This document shows positions 8,161-17,711 of a stretch of DNA of 36,378 bases, piece after piece. The notes below the pieces were generated by a model. The model did no database searches, was not told the origin of the DNA, and was given only the letters and a program-made list of their open reading frames with translations. Numbering within the stretch: the stretch's first letter is position 1; every line of letters starts with the position of its first letter. Origin of the DNA: Asterionella formosa (Eukaryota); the NCBI GenBank assembly GCA_002256025.1, contig NKIB01015343.1, positions 1 to 36,378 on the forward strand. The letters run 5' to 3'. The position numbers and the translations under genes are program-made.

Positions 8161-10937
8161 TTATTTATTTTCCTCCTGGTTCGACTTTTTGCCCTTTCTA
8201 GGTAAAGGTTGAATAGCATCTGTATAAGGCGCAAATGCAGTTGGAGGATAGCCCGGATAGTGCGGGCCCATAGCAGGATGATACATGTAAGGAAAGCCAG
8301 GTGTATACTGATGGAACGATGGTGGCCCATGACCGAAACGAGGTACAGGACTTAAAACCTTGGATTTCTTACTACCACCGGAATTATCAGGGTCTTCCAT
8401 TCGCCTCTTACTTGAAATATCTGTGCTGCGTTTTACAGGTGTGCCATAGGGAACATATGGGTACGCCTGCTCCATTGTTGTTGTAGTCCAATCATTATTT
8501 GGTTGGCTTTGGAATGGAACAAAGACAAACTTTCCCTGTGGCATATTTTGCCACCCAAAATGATACTGCTTGTTTGCTTCATCGACTCGCGTTGCCGCTG
8601 CTTCTTTCAAAGTCAAGTCATTGCTCGAAGCAGCATTTTTTGTCGGTAAGTCGGTAGATCCAGATTGGGATACGGAACCAGAAGGCACAGCAAGATCAAT
8701 TTGTATCGGCAGTTGCGCAGGTTCAATATGTAGGAAGGACGCCCCGTCGTCGTCGTCTCCCTTTAGTTCTGCCTCCGTTTCGCCCTTTGGCTCCAGATCG
8801 ACTTTCATCGCCTCGTCGATAAACACCTCAGCTTCAGGTGATCCTCTTTCGACGTCGTCCTTACTTTCGCTGACAACTTGAACCTTTGATTCTCCCGTGC
8901 CCTCCCTGTTCAGTAAGTCTCCTATCATGTCAGCATCGTGTGTCTCGTTTCTTGAGCTTTCTAGTAATGTTTCAGTTTCCACTTCACGAACGTCTCCGTT
9001 ACCTTTTCCATCCTTCGCATCATTTGCTGCAATTGGCTCAACAGGCGCTTTCTTGGCACTTGCATTTGGTTCACGAATCCAGGGCGGGAATGGATTTAAC
9101 GGGAAGAACATTCCTCCCCCAGGTGGTCCGGGAGCCATCATACCGTGTGGTACCATTGGATAACCCATCATCGATAGACGATCATGTCCTGGAGGAAACC
9201 TTGGAGGCGGGTAAGGTAACTCCGTCATCTGCAGCACACCGTCACGATTATATTCAGGGGGTCCCTTCGGGGGGTGAGGAGGGACCAAGATCGGTTGCGG
9301 AATACCATCTCGAATTTGAACACCAGGAAAACCGACGTTGTGAGGAGGGAGTCGACGCTTATTGTTTTCATCTCCGCCTTGTTTTTTAATGGGTTTTTTG
9401 GATTCAGTAATTTTCTTTGATCGGTCAAGAGACTTGAACAAAACCTTGTCAGATGATTCAGATGGAACATAACCATTGACTCTTTCCCGTAGCATGTGGA
9501 GTTCTGCTGGATTTGGAAGTTCCACATCGCCAAGCCATGCTGTAAAAGTCATGAACCCAGGTCGAGTAAAATTATTTCGTTCGTGATCTTCTTGGTTATT
9601 CAACCAACGCTTGAGGGCACTTAGAAATCGATCTCGATCCTCGAAGTAGTGGTCTTCAATAAGCCTTTTGATGTACGCTGTTGATCCATCGAACAGCCGA
9701 GGGTGCTCCAACATTCGGACCAGTTCTCTTGTCAATCGGAATGGAGCCTGCTTAGTGTTCCATTTTGGATGACAAGGGAAAGATTCACGCATCCAGTCTG
9801 GAAGAGAGTCCAGCAAAGTTTGATCGTCACCACGGACTTGTTTGTTACAACCCGAGCAGTTGTAGTGCATCACCACCAACCACATCAATTTGCCTCCGAC
9901 ATCAAAAATTGGATGTACAGAGGTCTTTTTGATTCCAAATCTTCCATGAATGAGTTCGCTATTTTTACAGAAAGGACAAATGAGCTTTTCCTTGCACTGG
10001 AGCTCCCACCTGACAAAGGCAATTTTGACGTCTTCGGCTGCAGTGTAGTCAAGATTAGGTTTGGCAGTGGCATCCTGACGAGGTACCTTGAACGTGATGG
10101 TACCAGGAGGAAAGTTCTGCCCAAACCAATGAGCCTTTGCTTCATTTTCGACGCCTCCGGAGATTTCATTGCAATCTCTTTTGAGACTTGGACATAAATC
10201 ATGAACATACCTGATAATTGCTTCAACAGCCTTCGGAGCTACTGTGGTACGTTTCTCATTGCTTTTGCCAATGCACTCGCAGAGGTATTTAGCGGATAAC
10301 ATGTTTTCAAAGGGCATCATGGAAGTATTAGGCTTGGGGTTTTCATCGCGGTTTGTGTCATCTTTGGTATCGTCAGACGGAGCAGAGAATTGCTTAGACT
10401 TGCCTCGACGAGAGAGTTCTTTGCGTTTTTCCGATTCGGCCCTTTGAAGAAGCTGCTTGGCTTGTTCATTGTCGCCAAAGAAATCAGTTAACGCTTTTTC
10501 CGCCTGGGCCATACCAGTTCTTTTGTCGGTCCCTTCTTTCTGTCGACGTATCTTTTCGTCCCGCATAGCTTGCTTCACAAGATCAGCCTTGCCGTAGTAG
10601 ATGCTCTTCTCACACAGATCATGGTGAGCATACTTTGGATTCCTGACGCAAAGAAAGACAAAAAAGCGATGTTTAGAATTCAGCAACGACGTGAAGGGCT
10701 GACAAAGAAAGCACAATGCATTCATGTTAAACCAACAATTTGTACCCACCCTCCGTCAGCCTTTCGTCGACAGGCCCTGCAAGTAAAAGCTACGTCTTGT
10801 TGGATACTCGCGTTCTCGACAGGTCTAGCAAGATGGCGATTTCGGGCACTACGCTCAGCTTCACGTAAGATTTGGCATGGGTCGATATCATCAGCAGACT
10901 TTCCGGCATTCTTTTTGTTACTTTTACTTGGTGGCAT
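8161..10937 (-). CDS. Hypothetical protein (~889 aa, two exons: 10937-10750 and 10642-8161) with a CxxC..H..C motif, a CxxC/CxxC Zn-ribbon region and a Pro-rich low-complexity C-terminus
   Basis: A predicted 107-nt intron at 10749-10643 (GTGGGT...GTCAG) joins the 10937 ORF in frame to the long ORF, giving FTCRACRRKADG-G-NPKYAHHDLCEKS. The central region reads CPFCKNS...YNCSGC...LLDSLPDWMRESFP. Confidence 0.72.
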
Positions 10938-11129
10938 AGTGGCCCTGATGAAGCAAACGGCAATTTGTTGTTGATGATGCTGAGTCGTTGTTCTTTCCTT
11001 TCTTCGTTCGTCACTGGATTATTATTGCTGTTATGTACAATGCTTTACGCGACCCTCAGACTACGGTAATGATGGCGCGTATATCAAATTGAATGAGGGG
11101 TCAAGAAGGGGGGGGGGGGGGTGGGGAGT

Positions 11130-11138
11130 NNNNNNNNN
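11130..11138. other. Assembly gap (9 N) flanked by a poly-G run and a poly-C run
   Basis: N bases at 11130-11138; G-run ~11108-11126; C-run ~11139-11178. Confidence 0.95.
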
Positions 11139-11819
11139 CCCCCCCACCCCCCCCCCCCCCCCCCCCCCCCGCCCCCCCGTGTTCCTGTTCAATGATTTGT
11201 TCGGCTAACTAAAAGTACCGGGATAATGAATGTTGACGATGAAAAGCAGCAGGAGAAATTACCGGTATCCAAATAACGTATGTATATATGCATAGTGTAG
11301 ACATTATGTAAACAAGCACATAGCCGTAGCTACAGTGCCGTAAAGGTATGTCTCCCAGTACGAGGGCATGGTTACAGGTACAGTGCTGGGGTTCTATTTG
11401 AGTCTACGCGGCTCGACGTACATACATACGGTGTCCTCCTTCACGGCGGGACCTTCGTCGTCGGGCTCCTCACACAACCCTGAATATAAGGTTGAATCAC
11501 TACTGATAGTTCGAACTAGGGCTAAAAAATGATTTTGAGTCAGAGGAATCAGGATCAACTTTCTCAAGTAAAGAAATACTACCGGTATACCTGGTACCAG
11601 GTACCAGGTACCCGTGGTATACTTCAGTGTCCTGTGGTAAGTTAGTAAAACACGTTTTTTACTTATAACAAGTTAAGTTAAAAACCTGGTATTGCATGTT
11701 TTATGTGAACTTTTTCAGTTTCGACCCACTCCCAATAATTCGTCCCATGCCTACTGGAAGGGTTAGGCTAGCTTTCTATTCCAACCTCTCTTTAGTTACT
11801 TTCTATGCCAATTTCTAAT

Positions 11820-11880
11820 TGTAGTCAGCAAATTCTATTCATAATCAGCAAGTTCAATTCATAGTCAGCAAGTTCTAAAT
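11820..11880. repeat. Three imperfect tandem copies of a 20-bp unit (ATAGTCAGCAAGTTCTATTC-like)
   Basis: gtagtcagcaaattctattc / ataatcagcaagttcaattc / atagtcagcaagttctaaat. Confidence 0.7.
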
Positions 11881-12957
11881 GTAGAATGATTCCTATTTGT
11901 ATTCCGAAGCAAGAAGATGGTTTGCTGAAGGAGTTGATCAGGCAGCAAATCCGAGTCATGTTCAGAGTTTCATTCTGCAAATCGTCATTGGTCAATAAGA
12001 GTAATGTTTTCCAAAATTACTTCAGGAATATTATTTTCATCGAAAGCTGTCCTATCTCGTCTGGCAGGCATGGGATGAACCATTGGGAGTGAATTGTAAC
12101 TGAAAAGGTTTGCATAAAATGTGCACTACCGGACCTTCCTCCTGGACCCCCCCTACTATGGTTGATGGACTCCCCTATAGCTTTTTCTCTAAGTACCTCC
12201 TAAACCTGAGAGTCATGCATAGTCATAGCATCCACTAATCCTAGTTCAAATAGAGATATCGGAATTAAATCAAGCGACGGTATGCTCGTTTTGAGGATTG
12301 TAACCGTTAAACATCCGGTGGCAGGGTCCATGTAGGTGCAACAACCGTAGAAAATATACCGAACGACAATTATTCTATTCATGTTATAATTATGACAGTG
12401 GCTTGTTGTATTTGGTTTCCCGCAAATATTTGACTGGCCGGCCGATGTGAAACAGCAGTTGGCGATATGTACATTCATGCAATGAATATGCGTATGTTAA
12501 ATTGTTTTCGATTAATTTATTTAAATGCTAATTATTTAAATAAAGAAACCAAGTATTTTTTCACGTCTATGTAACTCAAAAAAAAGCATTTTTTCGAGTA
12601 AGCCGACCCTCATGTAGAAATTTTGTATTTTGGTTACATAATCCATCATATGCGAACAGTAGAGACACTGATGGTGCCGACGAATCGATGCAACTGTTAC
12701 TAGACAGAGGGACCAAGTACTGGTACCGATAATTGGTACCTGCTACTCGGAGTACCTGGTATGGTACCTGGTACCTGGCACCAGGTACCAGGTGCTATAT
12801 AATGGTAGGGTTACTCCAGGTACCAGGGTACCGGTAACTGTTATCTGGTATCTTCTACCTGGTACCAAACCCGTGCCAGGTACCAATCAATCTGATCAAC
12901 GATCGTCTGGGTCTTACACACAATTCTGATTTGTCGGTCTTCCGTTCTACTAAAGCG

Positions 12958-13392
12958 ATGAGTGTCAACGAAGTCAAATATGTCAAGGCGCCATTTCAGT
13001 TTCAAGTCAAGGGCACTGGAAATCCAGGAAGTCGAACGTTCGCGATTGGAGATGAAGATCATACCATTGGCAACACGCTCCGACATATTTTAATGCAAAA
13101 TTCAAAGGTTGATTTCGCTGGCTATGCAGTACCTCATCCATCTGAGCCAGTCGTAAATATCAGGGTACAAACTGCCAAAACAGATTCACAAATTTCCGCA
13201 GTCGACGCTCTTAAGGAGGCCTGTTCTACTCTCTATGACCAATGTGCCTTTGTATTGGAGCAATTAGAGGAGGTCATGCCGGAGGCAAAAGAAGACAGGA
13301 TCCACCTTGAGGAACGCTTAGCAAAGGAGGATTCCGAAGCCCTAGAGGAAGAGGAAGCCGATTATATGGATGAAGATGACGAGCAACTATAA
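12958..13392 (+). CDS. POLR1D: DNA-directed RNA polymerase I/III subunit RPAC2 (AC19), 144 aa
   Basis: RpoL/Rpb11-family motif EDHTIGNTLRHILMQNSKVDFAGYAVPHPSEPVVNIRVQT. PHPSE favours AC19 over RPB11. The first ATG is at 12958; the ORF track start at 12931 is a TTG. Confidence 0.88.
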   Translation: MSVNEVKYVKAPFQFQVKGTGNPGSRTFAIGDEDHTIGNTLRHILMQNSKVDFAGYAVPHPSEPVVNIRVQTAKTDSQISAVDALKEACSTLYDQCAFVLEQLEEVMPEAKEDRIHLEERLAKEDSEALEEEEADYMDEDDEQL

Positions 13393-13499
13393 CTACCTTG
13401 TTGATTATTGTTCCATTGTGTATTCAAGAACGAGTTAATGAAATGTAAGAACACTTTATTCCTACATTTTTTGTTTACTTTGTTACAAACTCGCATTTT

Positions 13500-15417
13500 C
13501 TGTTGTGCTTTTCCCTAGATTATTATTGTTGGTAGATGATATCTGATAGATTTCTTATGCGAATGGAAACATCTGAATTTGTGAAGGTATAGTTGAAAGG
13601 TGTTCTACACTCATAGATTTTCCACAGACAAATCTTGGCAGATACCGTCTTAATCATTTCTGAGCAAATCGCCACTGCCACCTTCTAAGGCTCCTCAATC
13701 TAGAAAAGACTTGCCATTCAAAAATCATTCATCACCCAAACTGAATAATGAAGACACTGCTACCGGGTCCATCAGTTTCCACCTTGTCTTCCTAAATCAA
13801 ATACCTCAAAACAAAGCCAAATATATGCTTCTATGTCTTGCATGAATGTTGAAATTCATGGCACTTTTTGTCTGCAGCTCCAACACCAATTTCCAATGGT
13901 TGGGATGACTATTCATTTATTCAATCAGATTAACAGATTATATATTGAAACAGCAATTTCTTTGACATCAATTCATATCCATACTTTGCTTTGGGAGTAA
14001 ATTGTCTCTTTGCCTCTCCTGCTGACTTTCAATAATCAGAAGCTTCTGTTCACTGAGGCTGTTGTTATTCTAACAATAAATCCAATATTTGATATTCTAG
14101 TTCTGTTTCATGTAAACCTTCGATGGAGTAGTAGAGTCACTTACAAACACAAATTTGCTCTTTTGGTGAGTGATTCATCCTTTGTAAATTCTATCGCCAC
14201 CTTAGTCCAACCTCTAATTTGCTTTGTACCAAATTTTTCTCTTTTCACTGTTATCAATGAAAGCAGGAGCACTGGTCTCAGACAAGGAAAACATGGTGCC
14301 AGATACTTTTGACTCCACAGTTGGCTCTATAAAAGTCCAAAACTGTGCTACTTGAAAGGATATTTTGTGTATGTAGTAGTCCACTAGTACTAGTAGTCTA
14401 TATGCATAGTTTAGCTTTGTAGACTAATGTACTAATACACAAGCTATTCCCAGGTTTCATTTAAGTTGTCTACTGGTAGCTATATACGATTTATCTGGAG
14501 CTATTTAATTACTATATAATTACTAAATCATTCACAAACACTACAAGTTTTTTCAATATCCTTCTCCAGAGATGATGAGTTTCTGCCATCAGGAGAGCAT
14601 ACAACATCAGCATTTAATGCTTTATCGATCAAAGATAATTCACCTGAGGGGCTGGTACTAGACATGCTATTGCTTTGCCACCTCGCAAGCAGTTCCAGAA
14701 TTACTTGGAACAGCTGCATGAAAGACATTGGCAATGTGAATCTGAAGAGGCATTCCCACCCGAATAAATGTTTGTAGACTTGGCCGTGATTGTATCCATT
14801 TTATTCTTCACTAAAGTTTTGTTCGCCAACGTCATTGCAGCATTAGCTCGCATCAATACAGTTCTATTCCTCTCATTAACAAATCCACATTTGTTGATCG
14901 CTTTGATTCCAATAACTGTCTCTTCGCATTCCTACCCTCACATCTTCCCTTGTTCATTGCATCTCTTGAGTTTGCGTTTAAGAGAATCACCACTGTCATC
15001 GAGATCAGTTGGACTTGATTTCGCTGTCCCACCTGCTGTTCTTTCTATAATGGGATCATTACAGAATGCCCTGAATGCCATAACTTCAGGTGGGAAAAAA
15101 TTCTGGACAATCTTCTAGCTTTGCATCATTGATGCCAGAAGAATTCCTGTTCTCTTTCTGCATATGGTTTCTGGTTTTAGAAGTTTACATTTTCTTGATA
15201 AACACCAAAACATGTAAAAGTGTCCCTTTTAATTGCAGCTTCGTCTCCTTTGCAGTAGGAAATGGCATTTTTTGGTATCAGAGAATCACTGCTGGGGTCA
15301 AATTCTTGGGAATAGAAATATTTAGTAAATTTCCTGAATGCGATTTCCTGACTGGTAAGTAGGGCCTTACATATTGGTTACTTTTGCTTCTGGCTGCCCC
15401 TCTATTGCCCCAGTCAT
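13500..15417 (-). pseudogene. Heavily decayed coding-like sequence of unknown origin (pseudogene or TE relic)
   Basis: The - strand from ATG 15417 gives protein-like stretches (LTSQEIAFRKFTKYFY...; VMAFRAFCNDPIIERTAGG...) broken by many stops and frameshifts. CpG is strongly depleted. An AT-rich, palindrome-bearing interruption lies at ~14340-14530. Boundaries are approximate. Confidence 0.4.
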
Positions 15418-15924
15418 AGTTGTGTTTTGATGTTTCGATGGTTTGAAGAATAAAATTAGCATAAAACCTACGTCACTAAGAATGGAGGGATCATACCACA
15501 ATCGATTTTAAAGTGTGAATTGATGACGTTTTCTATGTATTCCAACGCCTGTCCTGCGTCACGTTACAATTTCAGCAAAATGATCACAACTTGCTGGTTC
15601 CCCTTGGTGCCAGGGGTGCCAGCCAGTACTGGACCATCGTCATCCAAACAAAATTTTCACGGCTGAATAAATAGTATGCATAAATAAATACAAATCGTTC
15701 TTGTAGATGCTGAGAACAAGTGATGTTTGCTTTTCGCTTGGACCTAGACTACGGTACCCTGGTACTGCCATCTACTGGTAGAGTATGAGTGAGTGAGTCA
15801 TATCTTACGATATAGGCAATCAAAGCCCAGCACTTGGCAATCGTCACAGATTCGTAAAATAGTGTTGAGAGCGAACACTTCGGGAGTTCCGAGAAAGAGA
15901 AATCAAATCGAGAAGCCTTCTATC

Positions 15925-17271
15925 ATGGGTCAAGCACTTTCATTGCCGTTCAAAATCATCAAGTCCACCACTAGCTTCTATGGCGGGCTGTTCCATTACC
16001 TGTGGGGTGCGGGGCGAAGATCCCCCTATTTGACTGGTAGTGCATCGACCTTTCCCTACCTCCGCGCTGCTGCGTCCGACACACAGAAACAGGCCCTCTT
16101 CAAACAACACGCTCGGGTCCACCTCTTCAGCCTGGCATCTGCATTCTACCTGTACGACAAGCCGCACTACAGAAAGGGTTCGTACAAGACTGATTTGCTA
16201 GACAATCTTCGTAACGTTGCCATTCCAGGTACAGGGGTGCCTCTCTCCCTTTTTGTCCGAAACAAGTTCATCGCACTTTCCTTCATCCTTACCCAATACC
16301 CGGCCATCAGCCTCGCTGCTGCCCTTCATAGATGGGTCAAATCCGGCTTTAAGGCTAGCATTAGTGAGGAATACGCTACTAGATTGCTGGCGCCAGACGA
16401 CTGGTTTTCCTATTGGCGCTTGAACTGCAACGTGGTCGGGCTTCATTCGCTCCTCAATGATGTACCTCATGGATACGCAATGGAGAACAAGTGGGATTTC
16501 CTTCTTGAGGGAGAGCAAAAAGGGGTTCCGATTTCTCCATACCTCAAGACACCAGCCCTCGTTATCAAGCACAAGAATGAAGAAGGTGGGATGGGAATCT
16601 TCTTCTACAAGAATGCTACGGAAGGAGGAGACTGGATTATTCAAGAGCGAATACAGAACAGCGACTGGGTTTCGTCGCTTTTACCCAAGAACCCTCCTCT
16701 CTCCACTTTCCGAGTTATTACACAAAGCCGAGCATCGTTAGACATATCCAAGGAACCGCAACCTGGAGATGTGACTGCGTTAAGCTGCGTTTTTCGTGCG
16801 GGAAGAATGAATGCCGCCACTGACCATTCGTCGATTCTGTTTGATGTCGATGTCAACACTGGAACTATTCTAGGGGGTACTACCAATTCTCATTGGTACC
16901 GACTTGGACTGCACGAAGCATTGCCTGGACGGTGCCCTTGGAGGTCTTCCCATGCCTATTCTCGTCACCCAGATGATTTGGAAGTTGTCGTATCTGGTAA
17001 GGTCGTTCCGGACATAAAAGGAATTCTGGCACTAGTTCAGGACAGCCACCTCAAACTTTGTCCAGACGTTCCGTTTGCTGGATTCGATGTTGTTCTGAGT
17101 GCAGACCCAAAAGTTCCCATTTGCCTTCTTGAGGTCAACCTTTCCTGCAACTTTTTCAGAGGATCATTCGATAAGAAAACGTACCTTGATTTTATTGACG
17201 ATTCCTTTGCCGTGCTACAAACTGCTCGCTTGGCAGCAGACCAGCAAGGGAAAAAATTCAAGCAAAAATAG
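15925..17271 (+). CDS. ATP-grasp fold protein, sugar-transfer-associated / alpha-L-glutamate-ligase-like (ATPgrasp_ST-like), 448 aa
   Basis: C-terminal motif order IIQERI...TFRVIT...VFRAG...DVDVNTGTI...HPD...SGKVVPD...FAGFDVV...LLEVN matches ATP-grasp ligases of this family. The first in-frame ATG is at 15925 (MGQALS). Confidence 0.75.
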   Translation: MGQALSLPFKIIKSTTSFYGGLFHYLWGAGRRSPYLTGSASTFPYLRAAASDTQKQALFKQHARVHLFSLASAFYLYDKPHYRKGSYKTDLLDNLRNVAIPGTGVPLSLFVRNKFIALSFILTQYPAISLAAALHRWVKSGFKASISEEYATRLLAPDDWFSYWRLNCNVVGLHSLLNDVPHGYAMENKWDFLLEGEQKGVPISPYLKTPALVIKHKNEEGGMGIFFYKNATEGGDWIIQERIQNSDWVSSLLPKNPPLSTFRVITQSRASLDISKEPQPGDVTALSCVFRAGRMNAATDHSSILFDVDVNTGTILGGTTNSHWYRLGLHEALPGRCPWRSSHAYSRHPDDLEVVVSGKVVPDIKGILALVQDSHLKLCPDVPFAGFDVVLSADPKVPICLLEVNLSCNFFRGSFDKKTYLDFIDDSFAVLQTARLAADQQGKKFKQK

Positions 17272-17711
17272 GAAGTATACTGTTGAAGCTCCATCATACA
17301 AGCATCATTTTTTGAACGAAAAAGGAAACGCATTGAAGAAATGTGCTAACTTCAGGTGCTCGCAAGCTAGGCAAGGTAATGTAAAAATACGTATTCCAGA
17401 TTTTTCTTCTGCTCCAACATCATTTCCGTCTTCGGCAGTCTAATAGTATGAATTTTCATATACATTCACTATATCAAGTTACACCCGTGTACTACAAAAG
17501 AAAAAATGAAAGGCACTGCGTAGGAAACTAAAAAGCAGCATAAAATTACATTTTGCAAGCAGCAGAGTTCCGAGGGCTTGATGTGCCTTCCGTGAGGGCC
17601 TTGGCCATTGGCTGATTAAAGGCAAAGGCGTATAAACCTACCGGTGTACAGATAAAAAAGAGCTCTCTTCGTCTATGGGTCTCTTACATAATTTTTGTAA
17701 AATCACTTGCT

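Noticed and set aside
11440..11530. tRNA or SINE suggested by GTTCGAA
   Set aside because: No cloverleaf stems or A-box spacing could be built on either strand.
617..13392. Functional cluster of TEL2 (R2TP/TTT) with an RNA polymerase subunit
   Set aside because: They are separated by unrelated genes and an assembly gap, with no evidence of co-regulation.
15793..15924. N-terminal extension of the ATP-grasp ORF (and the 12931 start for AC19)
   Set aside because: These rely on GTG/TTG starts; eukaryotic translation most likely begins at ATG 15925 and ATG 12958.
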